Below are positions 51,335 to 61,055 of a stretch of DNA of 64,000 nucleotides, piece by piece; position 1 is the stretch's first letter; each line of letters starts with the position of its first letter. The DNA comes from an uncultured Rhizobiaceae bacterium (GTDB lineage Bacteria > Pseudomonadota > Alphaproteobacteria > UBA7879 > VGCX01). Under the pieces are notes generated by a model. That model was not told the origin of the DNA and made no database searches. It saw only the letters and a list, made by a program, of their open reading frames with translations. The stretch covers positions 156,120-220,119 of the forward strand of contig CAYGKW010000001.1 of NCBI GenBank assembly GCA_964350815.1. The letters are read 5' to 3'. The position numbers were made by a program, and so were the translations under genes.

Positions 51335-51703
51335 TTAAGGCACTTTCTTAAAGAACCACTTAGCTGACTTAACGTCTCTTTTGTGAGAAAGCATAAAGTC
51401 AATGGTATCCCCTTTTTTATCAATGGCCCTATAGAGATATTTCCACTGACCTTTAACTTTGATATACGTTTCATCGATTCTCCAGGAAAATCCTATAGGC
51501 TGACTATACCAACGAAGTTTTTTTCAAACTCAGGCGCATATCTCTGAATCCAACGGTAGATAGTTGTATGATCAACTTTAACACCCCATTCTGACATCAT
51601 TTCAGATAATTGACTAACTCAAAGGATATCTCAAATACCATCTCATACACTGCAAGATAACTTCTGGAACAAAATGTCGCCACTTAAAGGCCATTGGCTT
51701 CAT
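51335..51703 (-). pseudogene. IS6-family (IS26-like) transposase remnant: N-terminal half only, with an internal stop and a frameshift
   Basis: Minus-strand translation gives MKPMAFKWRHFVPEVILQCMRWYLRYPLS*, then ..MMSEWGVKVDHTTIYRWIQRYAPEFEK and IDETYIKVKGQWKYLYRAIDKKGDTIDFMLSHKRDVKSAK. These are collinear with the IS26 Tnp N-terminal half. No intact IRs were found. Confidence 0.6.
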
Positions 51704-52068
51704 AAACAAATCCCCTATTTATGATTAGATCCTTAGATCTTACCTCATTAATCTTTTTTTGCAACAGACCCATGAAACGGATAGATAGATAGATACATAA
51801 AAAAAGGATGCCATGCATAAGCAAACAAAAATAACTTTGGAAGACGCAATCGCGGAGAAGATATCTTTTACAGAATCAAGACTATTTTTGATAGAACCTT
51901 CATTTCTAGGATTTGGAAAAATCAAAAAATTGAAGCGAAGCTGATTGCTAATATACTGAATAAAATGACAAGCCTTAGTATATCAATAACGCAATAATAT
52001 CCCAAACCTTTGGAAATATTGTCCTTCAACCGTTTTTTGATTTACAACACAAAGCAAAGCCAAAAAAG

Positions 52069-52200
52069 ATGCTTTAGGATTCAGTAGCGTTTAATTTTAT
52101 AGTTGACATCTTAATAGCAAGGCATAGAATTAGCTATGATTTTTAAGGAGACAGGTGATGAGTAATTTATCAAAATTTAGGAAAGAACTAAAAAACTTTT
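52069..52200 (+). repeat. About 130-bp leader repeat (copy 1): the promoter plus the first codons of the GT-C gene, duplicated at 62050..62185
   Basis: About 85% identity between the two copies, including TTGACA-N16-TAGAAT and the ATGATGAGTAATTT(A/G)TCAAAATTTAGG start region. Confidence 0.6.
52103..52130 (+). promoter_or_regulatory. Sigma70-like promoter (TTGACA-16 nt-TAGAAT) upstream of the polysaccharide locus
   Basis: Near-consensus -35 and -10 hexamers, 25 bp before the ATG at 52155. A TTGATA/TAGAAT counterpart is conserved in the duplicate at 62090-62117. Confidence 0.4.
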
Positions 52201-53825
52201 TTGCGTTTATGATAACTAAGACGATTAAAAATGTGAAAACGTGGAATAGTTATGGGATTATAAACTCTCCCCTGTTTTGGATATTGGGTTTATACATTTT
52301 TATGTATCTTCCACAATGTTTTATCATGCTTGAAGACATGAACATTGTTAGAGCCTTTGAGGTAGATCCAGGCTCTATTCTTGACGCTATTAATAAGTTA
52401 TTTAAAGGACCTTATTATTACAGCATGTACAACGGCTACCACTCATATTACTATGGCTGGACATTCTTTAGTATAAATTTTTTCGTGATTTTGCCCATAA
52501 AGGTACTTTTTTCCATATTCAACATTACAAGTCCTGAAACCATAACATTTGTGGTCCGCTTTGTGTTATTTTTGATTGGCTTTGGATCGGTTTTTGCTTT
52601 TTATAATCTCGTTAAGAAAGCTACGGGAAAAACCTTTGTTGCCGCTTTTTTAAGCCTTTTTATAGTTGTGTCGACAGTAGCATCCAAAGGATATTATTTT
52701 ATACACCCTGAGACGACAGGTGTTCTATTTTCTATTACTGGCTGTTTTGCACTTTTAGAATTTATAAGTCAGAAAAAAAACCAAAACCAATGGTTTATAT
52801 TTGGTCTAACAGCTTTGGTTTTATCAGCATTGTCAAAACAGATATTTCTTATTATTTCTTTTCCCTTGTTAGCACTATTTTTATATTTTCGGGCGCAAAC
52901 CCAAAACAAGAGTGTTTTAGCCTTTCTAAAAACGAACCAGTTTAAAAATAATTTTTTCTTTACATGCACCTGGTCACTCTTACTTTTATTCATGGTACAT
53001 CCTTACGCATTTATTGCGCCATACAAATTTATAAAATCTCAGTTAGATACTATTATTTATCATACAAGTGTCGAACATACTTTTTCCTTAACAGAGACTA
53101 TGAAAATATGGTGGATAACTATAATTCATAGGATGCCTTTATATTCTTTTACCGTAATTTCAGCGCCCTTATGCTTATTTGTATGTTATAAAAGTCGCCA
53201 AATATATAAAAAATCCAAAATTTTGTATACGACTAATCTTTTAAGCATAATAGGCATATTATTTGTTGTTAGCTATATTGAAAGAGCTTTTCCAGGCCAA
53301 GTCTTTTATTTGTATCCTTTATTGCCATATGTATTATTAAACATTGGTGCAATCATATGGTATGTATTGATGGTTATCAGTAGGCCTGTGCGGTTTATAA
53401 TAACCTGTTTTATTTTTTGCATTGGTTTTCTGTTTTTAGCATTTAATTATATGTCTACAAATCAAATATTAAAAAAACGCTTAGATTATAAGGATTCAAT
53501 GGTTTATAAAGTATACAACTATATTCGTAGTGAATTGCCAAAAAATTCACGAATTGCACATGATCATGTTATCGCAGTGCCTTTAAGTGATGGATATAAA
53601 TCTTGTCACTATTGGAACTCCTGCGCTTCTTTAAATGCAATTAAAGATTATGATCCTGATTATATTATTTTCAATAAGGAGTTTAATATTAATGGTAAGG
53701 CACATAATAACACAGAAAATCTCAAGAAGTATATTTTACGACATGATTATAAAATTAGGAAAGTTTTAAATATGAAAGAAAACCCAACGGTCAGTATTTC
53801 AATTTATGAAAGGCCCAAAAATTAA
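52155..53825 (+). CDS. Polytopic membrane glycosyltransferase, GT-C fold (ArnT/PMT-like), putative
   Basis: 556 aa with 11 or more predicted TM helices, an acidic ED pair in the first loop (MLEDMN) and a soluble C-terminal domain. Confidence 0.45.
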   Translation: MMSNLSKFRKELKNFFAFMITKTIKNVKTWNSYGIINSPLFWILGLYIFMYLPQCFIMLEDMNIVRAFEVDPGSILDAINKLFKGPYYYSMYNGYHSYYYGWTFFSINFFVILPIKVLFSIFNITSPETITFVVRFVLFLIGFGSVFAFYNLVKKATGKTFVAAFLSLFIVVSTVASKGYYFIHPETTGVLFSITGCFALLEFISQKKNQNQWFIFGLTALVLSALSKQIFLIISFPLLALFLYFRAQTQNKSVLAFLKTNQFKNNFFFTCTWSLLLLFMVHPYAFIAPYKFIKSQLDTIIYHTSVEHTFSLTETMKIWWITIIHRMPLYSFTVISAPLCLFVCYKSRQIYKKSKILYTTNLLSIIGILFVVSYIERAFPGQVFYLYPLLPYVLLNIGAIIWYVLMVISRPVRFIITCFIFCIGFLFLAFNYMSTNQILKKRLDYKDSMVYKVYNYIRSELPKNSRIAHDHVIAVPLSDGYKSCHYWNSCASLNAIKDYDPDYIIFNKEFNINGKAHNNTENLKKYILRHDYKIRKVLNMKENPTVSISIYERPKN

Positions 53826-53828
53826 AGT

Positions 53829-54827
53829 TTAAAAATTAATTCGTTCCTCTTCTATTACTAAAGGTCTTTTCCTTACCTGAGCATGAATGCTAACCACATA
53901 CTCTCCCATTAGACCCAAAAAGAAAAGATTAATACCGCTTAAGAAGAACATTCCTACTATGAGGGTTGGAATACCTGCTACAGTAGCAGGATTAAAAAAG
54001 ACAGCTACAAACAATTGGTACAAGCCGTAAAGGAAACTAAGAAAAGAAATGAGGAGACCTCCAAACAGGCAAGCGCGGATAGGCATTTGACTATGACCAA
54101 CAAGTCCATTTAAACTAGTATTTATCATATCAAAAAAGCTTGTTTTTGACTCACCTTTTTCACGAACACCCCACCGATAGGAAACCCCGATTGTTTTAAA
54201 CCCACATTCTGCAATCATACCGCGTATATAAGGCTCACAATCATCAAATTGACGGAGGACTTCTACAACTTTTTTATCTATGAGCTGATACTCACCTGCA
54301 TCATGTGGGATATCATATCTAGCCATTCGATTTACTAGGCGATAATGAAGCTTGCGCAGTGTTTCAATGATGGCAGATTCCGAACGGTTTATCCGTTGGC
54401 CATAAACAATATCATATCCCTTTTCCCAATACTTAATAAATTGGGGTAGAACCTCTACAGGATCTTGTAAATCAACAGGAAGCATTGGGACCACAGCATC
54501 TCCTCTAGAGTTCAAAAGGCCATTGAACATAGACCTGAAAACTCCAAAATTACGTGAGTTTAAAATGACTTTTACATTTTTGTCTTTTTTCGCGATGGCA
54601 CGCAAAGCATCAACTGTATGATCTTTAGATCCATTATCGCAAAAAATATGTTCATAATCATAATCTAACAAGGTGTTTTCAAAAATTTGTTTAATTGCCA
54701 TATAGCATTTATTCACAGAATCTTCTTCATTATAAACAGGGGTTATAATGCTTATAAGAGTCCTTTTTATGGCCGTCCTTTTATTTTTTTTAAACTGGTT
54801 TTTTACAGTGTTTTTAGCGCTTGACAT
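53829..54827 (-). CDS. GT2 polyprenyl-phosphate glycosyltransferase (ArnC/GtrB/DPM1-like)
   Basis: N-terminal GT-A domain (ISIITPVYNEEDSV, DNGSKD, DLQD) plus two C-terminal TM helices; 332 aa. Confidence 0.7.
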   Translation of the reverse strand: MSSAKNTVKNQFKKNKRTAIKRTLISIITPVYNEEDSVNKCYMAIKQIFENTLLDYDYEHIFCDNGSKDHTVDALRAIAKKDKNVKVILNSRNFGVFRSMFNGLLNSRGDAVVPMLPVDLQDPVEVLPQFIKYWEKGYDIVYGQRINRSESAIIETLRKLHYRLVNRMARYDIPHDAGEYQLIDKKVVEVLRQFDDCEPYIRGMIAECGFKTIGVSYRWGVREKGESKTSFFDMINTSLNGLVGHSQMPIRACLFGGLLISFLSFLYGLYQLFVAVFFNPATVAGIPTLIVGMFFLSGINLFFLGLMGEYVVSIHAQVRKRPLVIEEERINF

Positions 54828-54982
54828 ATTTTAAGTACCTTAAATATAAAAATTCTAAAAAATTTGTAACATAAAAAGTATAAAAAATAAAGACTTGCTC
54901 TTCTAAAAAATTATTTGTCATTTTCCTTAGTTTTATGCTAGTAGATATGGTTATAGTTAAAATTTTACATACATAATATATT

Positions 54983-55378
54983 ATGACTGAAACAAATAAA
55001 TGGATTATTAGTACATTTTTGATATTACTTGCTGTAATACTAATTGCAGGAAGTCAGATAATTCTTAAGACACAAATGGAAAAAGTCCCCACTTTTCCCT
55101 CTTTATTGAACGAGCGGGCTTTGTGGGTATTAAGCCTATTCTTAAATCCTTCGGTTGTTCTTGTTTTTATATGTGTTTTTTTATCTGGTTTAATTTGGAT
55201 AATTGCTCTAACAAATGTACCGTTATCTTATGCCTACCCTTTTACAAGTTTAACATTGCCTCTGATATTATTATTAAGTTATGTATTTTTAGAAGAAACA
55301 CTGGGGTTATCTCAAGTGTTAGGAACGCTACTAATTGTTAGTGGTGTTATTATTACGTCAACAAAAATAGTAGGATAA
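54983..55378 (+). CDS. Small 4-TM membrane protein (ArnE/ArnF/GtrA-like flippase candidate, SMR/DMT-like)
   Basis: 131 aa with four hydrophobic helices, adjacent to the GT2 and GT-C genes. Confidence 0.45.
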   Translation: MTETNKWIISTFLILLAVILIAGSQIILKTQMEKVPTFPSLLNERALWVLSLFLNPSVVLVFICVFLSGLIWIIALTNVPLSYAYPFTSLTLPLILLLSYVFLEETLGLSQVLGTLLIVSGVIITSTKIVG

Positions 55379-55381
55379 GGT

Positions 55382-56170
55382 ATGAAAGCAGTTATTCTTG
55401 CAGGTGGCTTTGGGACAAGATTGGGAGATATAACAAGAGAAATCCCGAAACCAATGGTGAGAGTTGGGGGCAAGCCTATTCTATGGCATGTTATGAAAAC
55501 TTATGCGACTTATGGTATAAAAGACTTTATTGTATGTTTGGGTTATAAAGGGCACGTTATTAAACAATATTTTGCAAATTATTATTTGAATAATTCTGAT
55601 GTTGTTTTTAACCTTGGAACAAATGAGGTTAAATATTTACGGAATTCAGGCAATGACTGGCGAGTTTCTCTAATCGAAACTGGGCCTGACTCACAAACTG
55701 GTGGTCGATTGGGCCGTTTACGCAATATGCTGAAAAATGAGGAATATTTTTGCTTTACGTACGGAGATGCCGTAAGTGATTTAGATATTGGTGCGACATT
55801 AGAATTTCATAAAAAAAGGAATGCGATTGCTACCGTAACAGGTGTCCGTCCGCAAGGACGTTTTGGAGCGCTAAAAATCTCAGATACAGATCGTGTAGTA
55901 AGTTTTCAAGAAAAGTTGTTGGGTGACGGAAGCTATGTAAATGGTGGGTTTTTCGTACTATCAAATAAAGTCTTTAATTATATAAATGGAGATAATTGTA
56001 TTTGGGAGCGGGGACCTTTGCCACAGCTGGCTAAGGAAAATAATCTGCACGTTTACAAGCATGATGGCTTTTGGCAATGTATGGATACCTTGCGGGATAA
56101 AGAAGAGCTTGAAAAACTTTGGGATGAAGGAGATGTGCCATGGATTTCTGGCATAAAAAAAGGGTCTTAG
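55382..56170 (+). CDS. rfbF: Glucose-1-phosphate cytidylyltransferase
   Basis: Near-collinear match to Salmonella RfbF (MKAVILAGGFGTRL..., GGRLGRLRN, GFWQCMDTLRDK). 262 aa. Confidence 0.93.
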   Translation: MKAVILAGGFGTRLGDITREIPKPMVRVGGKPILWHVMKTYATYGIKDFIVCLGYKGHVIKQYFANYYLNNSDVVFNLGTNEVKYLRNSGNDWRVSLIETGPDSQTGGRLGRLRNMLKNEEYFCFTYGDAVSDLDIGATLEFHKKRNAIATVTGVRPQGRFGALKISDTDRVVSFQEKLLGDGSYVNGGFFVLSNKVFNYINGDNCIWERGPLPQLAKENNLHVYKHDGFWQCMDTLRDKEELEKLWDEGDVPWISGIKKGS

Positions 56171-57207
56171 TATTAGGCCACACAGGTTTTAAAGGTGGAT
56201 GGTTGAGTGAGTGGCTTATTAAGTCAGGAGCACAACTTTGTGGCTACTCTCTAGAGCCATATACCAATCAGTCTTTATTTGAAGACTTGGAATTAAAAGA
56301 AAAGATGGAAAGTCATATTTCTGATGTTCGTGATGCTAAAAAGATAGCCGAGGTTGTTCAAGAATTTCAACCTGAAATCATTTTTCATATGGCCTCTCAA
56401 CCTATTGTATCTATTGGTTTTAATGATCCTGTTGGAACATATGAAACAAATATCATGGGAACAGTAAATGTGCTGGAGTCAATCCGTCACCTTGAAAGTA
56501 TCCGTTCTGTTGTAGTGGTAACAAGTGATAAATGTTACGAAAATAAAGGAAATAACACGGCTTTTTCAGAGACAGATCGTCTAGGTGGATTGGACCCCTA
56601 TAGCAATAGTAAGGCTTGCCAAGAACTGGTTGTGCAATCTTACAGAGATTCGTTTTTTTTCAAGGAGAGAGGTGTACGCATTGCCACCGCACGAGCTGGT
56701 AATGTTATAGGTGGGGGAGATTGGGCATTAAACAGATTGATTCCAGACTTAGTACGCGCATTTAAAAATAACGAAAGTGCTGTAATTCGCAACCCTTCTT
56801 ATACACGTCCCTGGCAGCATGTCTTGGATCCATTAAATGGCTATATAATGTTAGCTAAAAAATTGTATGAAGAAGATGGTTTTGACTACGCGGATAGCTG
56901 GAACTTCGGCCCTGATGAGACACACTGTATTCCTGTATCAGAAGTTGTGAAAATCGCTACTGAAACATGGTCAAATGATGCAAAATGGCATCACGAAAAA
57001 GTTGAGTTAGGTAAAGAATGTTCTTTATTACGGTTAAACAGTTTGAAAGCCAAAAACAAATTAGGCTGGCATCCCTTATTTGACGTTTATACTGCAATTA
57101 AAATGAGTATGGACTGGTATAAAATTTCTTCACAAAAAGATAATATTAAGCTTTTAACAACGTATCAAATTAAAAAAATTGAAAATTTACTGTCAATTAA
57201 CATATAA
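56140..57207 (+). CDS. rfbG: CDP-glucose 4,6-dehydratase
   Basis: RfbG-like along its full length (KRVLVLGHTGFKGGWLSEWL, YSNSKAC, RPWQHVLDPL). 355 aa. Confidence 0.92.
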   Translation: MDFWHKKRVLVLGHTGFKGGWLSEWLIKSGAQLCGYSLEPYTNQSLFEDLELKEKMESHISDVRDAKKIAEVVQEFQPEIIFHMASQPIVSIGFNDPVGTYETNIMGTVNVLESIRHLESIRSVVVVTSDKCYENKGNNTAFSETDRLGGLDPYSNSKACQELVVQSYRDSFFFKERGVRIATARAGNVIGGGDWALNRLIPDLVRAFKNNESAVIRNPSYTRPWQHVLDPLNGYIMLAKKLYEEDGFDYADSWNFGPDETHCIPVSEVVKIATETWSNDAKWHHEKVELGKECSLLRLNSLKAKNKLGWHPLFDVYTAIKMSMDWYKISSQKDNIKLLTTYQIKKIENLLSINI

Positions 57208-57237
57208 TAAAATTGGTTTTTTATAAAGGATTAAATT

Positions 57238-58347
57238 ATGAAAGAAATTTCTTCTGCTGGTCCATGGATTGAACAAAAAGAATTAGATTATGTCTCTGAT
57301 GCTTGTCAAAACGGGTGGTATAACAACTGGCATGAATATCTAGATCGTTTTGAAGCAGCTTTGTGTAAAGCAACTAAAAATAAATATTGCCTTTTAACCT
57401 CCAGTTGTACTGGTGCACTTCATATTTCAATGTTGGCTTTGGGTGTAGGGCCTGGGGATGAGGTGATTGTACCAGAAGTTACTTGGGTTGCGACAGCAGC
57501 TTGTGTAAAGTATGTAGGGGCAACTCCTGTTTTTGTTGATGTAGAGAAAGATACTTGGTGTATGGATCCTGAAAAAGTAAAGGCGGCGATAACCGCTAAA
57601 ACCAAAGCAATTATTCCCGTCCATATGTATGGGCACCCAGCAGATATGGACGCAATTAATGAAATTGCAAAAGAACATGGTTTAATGGTGATCGAAGATG
57701 CGGCACCATCTATTGGCTCAAAATACAAAGGTCGACCTACTGGCAGTCTGGGGTTGGCAGGGGCTTTTAGTTTTCAAGGCGCAAAGCCAATCACAACAGG
57801 GGAAGGTGGAGCATTGCTTACTAATGATGATAATTTTTATGACCGTGCTTATTATTATTGGGACCATTGTCGTGATAAGGAAAAAGTTTTATTCAATACT
57901 GACATTGGCGTTAAATATAAAATGTCGAACATCCAGGCTGCTCTGGGTTTGGGACAAATTGAACGTTTGGACGAAATTATTGAAAAGCGTCGTCAGATTT
58001 TTTTCTGGTATCAAAAACGTTTGTGCGATATCCAAGGGTTGTGCTTAAATGTAGAACGGGAAGGTTGCTATAATAATTATTATGTTCCAACACTCATATT
58101 GGATGGTCAGTTTAATATTTCTACAGAAGAATTGATGTTGGGTATGAATAACAAAGGGGTTCGTAATCGTCCTTTTTTCCGTCCGATAAGTAAGTTTCCG
58201 ATGTTTGCTCCATCTGAAACTCCTGTTGCAGATTTTCTAAGTCAAAACGGTATAAATCTACCAGCTGCTGCGTCATTAATTGAAAGCGATGTTGAGTATT
58301 CTTGTAATGTTATACGAGAGCTTTTAGAACAAAACTATAAATCATAG
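57238..58347 (+). CDS. DegT/DnrJ/EryC1/StrS-family PLP-dependent sugar aminotransferase
   Basis: 369 aa. The active-site lysine is present in SFQGAKPITTGEGG. Confidence 0.8.
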   Translation: MKEISSAGPWIEQKELDYVSDACQNGWYNNWHEYLDRFEAALCKATKNKYCLLTSSCTGALHISMLALGVGPGDEVIVPEVTWVATAACVKYVGATPVFVDVEKDTWCMDPEKVKAAITAKTKAIIPVHMYGHPADMDAINEIAKEHGLMVIEDAAPSIGSKYKGRPTGSLGLAGAFSFQGAKPITTGEGGALLTNDDNFYDRAYYYWDHCRDKEKVLFNTDIGVKYKMSNIQAALGLGQIERLDEIIEKRRQIFFWYQKRLCDIQGLCLNVEREGCYNNYYVPTLILDGQFNISTEELMLGMNNKGVRNRPFFRPISKFPMFAPSETPVADFLSQNGINLPAAASLIESDVEYSCNVIRELLEQNYKS

Positions 58348-58357
58348 GTTATGTTAA

Positions 58358-59017
58358 ATGACTGAGTTTAAAGCCCAACTTATTCATACCTTCAAAGCTT
58401 TGAAATATGGAAAATCAGGCAAAGTTTTGATAAGGTCATGTACCTCACCTATTTGTCTACTTGTTCCTTTTGTTCAAGATGATATTTCTGATGCTAATAA
58501 AATAGCAATATTATCGAAATGGCGCCTTGATAACATTCACGGCTTTCCAAGTATATTTAATATAACTGATAAAGGTACTCGTAAATGGGCGCAGACAGAG
58601 CTTATTAATCGTGAGGACCGTATTCTCTTTTTTGTCACTGATGAAAAAGGGGAACCGCTTGGTCATGTAGGTCTTTCTTCTTTTGATTATGCAAATGAAA
58701 CTTGTGAAATTGATAACATCGTCCGCGGAGAAAAAGATGGGCCAAAAGGTATTATGCAACAAGCTGTTAATGTTATGTTAGATTGGTCCTATGAAACTTT
58801 AAAGCCAAAAAAAATTCACCTCAGAACTTTTAATGACAATCCACGCGCCTTGGCTTTGTATTACCGTCTTAAATTTAAGCCAGTGGAGCTCATTCCCTTA
58901 ACAAGGACGGAGGCACCCGGTGTTATAGAATGGAAAAAATCTAATGAAAATGATATTATTGATCGCTTTTATATTGTAATGTGCCATAAAAATAATACTT
59001 ATAAATTAAGGAGATAA
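58358..59017 (+). CDS. GNAT-family N-acyltransferase (probable amino-sugar N-acylase)
   Basis: 219 aa. Acetyl-CoA-binding-like segment IVRGEKDGPKGIMQQAVNVMLDWSYETL and a GNAT fold pattern. Confidence 0.45.
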   Translation: MTEFKAQLIHTFKALKYGKSGKVLIRSCTSPICLLVPFVQDDISDANKIAILSKWRLDNIHGFPSIFNITDKGTRKWAQTELINREDRILFFVTDEKGEPLGHVGLSSFDYANETCEIDNIVRGEKDGPKGIMQQAVNVMLDWSYETLKPKKIHLRTFNDNPRALALYYRLKFKPVELIPLTRTEAPGVIEWKKSNENDIIDRFYIVMCHKNNTYKLRR

Positions 59018-59019
59018 TA

Positions 59020-60246
59020 ATGAAAAATGATTTAGTCTATAAAAAAGAAGATTTTATACATGTACCCTATGGTATGACAGTTCATGGTGATGAAGAAGAA
59101 CGTGCTGTGGTTGAAGTTATACGTACATCAACTCAGATGGGTAAAAATGTGTGCGAAATGGAAAGTCGGATAGCCAAAATGTTTAATAAAAAACATGGGA
59201 TTATGGTGAATTCTGGATCTTCCGCACTGTACCTTGCTATTGAAGGATTGAATCTCCCTAAAAAAAGTGAAGTTATTACTCCAGCATTGACTTTTTCAAC
59301 GACTGTAGGCTGTATAGTAAAAAACGATTTAATCCCGTCTTTTATTGATTGTGAAACAGATACATACTGTATTGATGTTAATAAGATTGAGGATGCTATT
59401 ACAGAAAAAACTAGTGCAATGCTAGTTCCAAATCTATTGGGCAACATGCCTGAATGGGATAAGCTGGCTGCAATTGCAAAAAAATATAACCTAAAAGTAA
59501 TTGAAGATTCAGCCGATACGGTAGGTGGAGAATTTAAAGAAGGATCCAGTGGTGCTTATTCTGATATTTCAATTACTAGTTTTTATGGGTCACACGTGAT
59601 TAATTGTGCAGGAAATGGGGGCATGCTTTGTATAAATGATGATGATCTTAAAGACCGTATAAAACTTCTTCGTTCTTGGGGTCGAAGTTCGTCACTTTAC
59701 GTTGAATCTGAAGCAATTGAGAATCGATTTGATATCAATATTGACGGTGTAGATTACGATAAGAAATTTGTTTTTGAAGCAATAGGTTATAATCTTGAGC
59801 CTAATGAAATGGGTGCGGCATTTGGTTTGGTCCAACTGAATAAATTGCAAAAAAATATTGATCTACGTATTAAGTACTTTAATGCGCAATATGAATTTTT
59901 TAAAAAATACGAAGAGTATTTTATATTGCCACGTCAGTGTAAAAACACACGCACTGGTTGGCTTGCTTTTCCATTGATTGTTAAAGAAAATTCTCCATTC
60001 ACACGTCAAGAAATGCAAATCTTTTTAGAAAGACGCAATATCCAAACTCGTGTTGTTTTTACAGGAAATATTTTGCGTCAACCTGGTTTCAAAAACATTG
60101 AATGCCGCGGTGTTGCTTCTGACTTTACAGGAGCGGACCGTATCATGAATGGAGGAATTCTTCTTGCCTGCCATCATGGTTTAACAGATAAAATGTTAGA
60201 GCATGTGCATGAAAGTTTTAATTCATTCATAAACCAATTAAAATAA
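59020..60246 (+). CDS. DegT-family sugar 3-dehydratase (RfbH/E1/ColD-like; His replaces the Schiff-base Lys)
   Basis: C-terminus TRVVFTGNILRQPGFKNIECR...TGADRIMNGG is collinear with the Salmonella RfbH tail. The active site reads SFYGSHVINCAGNGG (His, no Lys). The Cys-rich 2Fe-2S insertion of RfbH (CYCAPGCDNTC) is absent. Confidence 0.65.
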   Translation: MKNDLVYKKEDFIHVPYGMTVHGDEEERAVVEVIRTSTQMGKNVCEMESRIAKMFNKKHGIMVNSGSSALYLAIEGLNLPKKSEVITPALTFSTTVGCIVKNDLIPSFIDCETDTYCIDVNKIEDAITEKTSAMLVPNLLGNMPEWDKLAAIAKKYNLKVIEDSADTVGGEFKEGSSGAYSDISITSFYGSHVINCAGNGGMLCINDDDLKDRIKLLRSWGRSSSLYVESEAIENRFDINIDGVDYDKKFVFEAIGYNLEPNEMGAAFGLVQLNKLQKNIDLRIKYFNAQYEFFKKYEEYFILPRQCKNTRTGWLAFPLIVKENSPFTRQEMQIFLERRNIQTRVVFTGNILRQPGFKNIECRGVASDFTGADRIMNGGILLACHHGLTDKMLEHVHESFNSFINQLK

Positions 60247-60257
60247 AAAACAGTTCT

Positions 60258-61055
60258 ATGTTCAAATCTTCTGATATTAGAAAAACAATTTTGAAAATGG
60301 GCTATTCTGGTGCGACTGCACATTTGGGTTGTGCGTTATCAATTGTAGAAATATTAGCCGTACTCTACCGCAACTATCTAAATTTAAATGATAAAACCCC
60401 GAATTCACCTGATCGTAATTATTTAATTTTAAGCAAAGGACATGGTGTTATGGCTTTATATGCATGTCTTTTCGAACTTGGGTGGGTATCAGAGCAACAT
60501 ATTGCAGATTATTTTAAAAATGGTACATCTTTAAAAGGCTTAGGTGATGCGCATGTTCCAGGAGTAGAGGTGACTGCGGGCTCTCTGGGACATGGTTTGT
60601 CGGTAGGTGTTGGCATGGCTATGGCAGCTAAACGTAGTAAAACAGGACAAAAAGCTTTTGCTATTGTGGGTGATGGGGAGATGAATGAAGGTACCATGTG
60701 GGAGGCACTTTTATTTGCCTCCCACCATAAGCTTGATAATCTTTGTATAATTGTGGATGAAAATAAATATCAGGCAATGGGTATGACAGATGATGTTTTA
60801 GACCTGAAGAATTTAGCCGATAAGTTTTCAGCTTTTGGGTGCGAAACTTTAAAATGTGATGGCCATAATGAACAAGCTCTAAACACTGTTATTAATAAAT
60901 TGATATCGGTTGAGGATGGAAAACCTAAAGCCATTATTGCTAGGACAGTAAAAGGTAAAGGCATAAGTTTTATGGAAAACAATAATATCTGGCATTACAA
61001 AAAATTGAATAAAGGCACGTATGAAAAAGCATTAGAGGAGGTTACAAAAGAATGA
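60258..61055 (+). CDS. Transketolase, N-terminal (ThDP-binding) subunit
   Basis: 265 aa with GHGxxAL (SKGHGVMALYA) and the ThDP motif GDGEMNEG. Confidence 0.85.
   Translation: MFKSSDIRKTILKMGYSGATAHLGCALSIVEILAVLYRNYLNLNDKTPNSPDRNYLILSKGHGVMALYACLFELGWVSEQHIADYFKNGTSLKGLGDAHVPGVEVTAGSLGHGLSVGVGMAMAAKRSKTGQKAFAIVGDGEMNEGTMWEALLFASHHKLDNLCIIVDENKYQAMGMTDDVLDLKNLADKFSAFGCETLKCDGHNEQALNTVINKLISVEDGKPKAIIARTVKGKGISFMENNNIWHYKKLNKGTYEKALEEVTKE

Noticed and set aside
52080-52100. Possible JUMPstart/ops element in the polysaccharide leader (CAGTAGCGTT)
   Set aside because: The GGCGGTAG core is not present, only a partial resemblance, so RfaH-type antitermination is not claimed.
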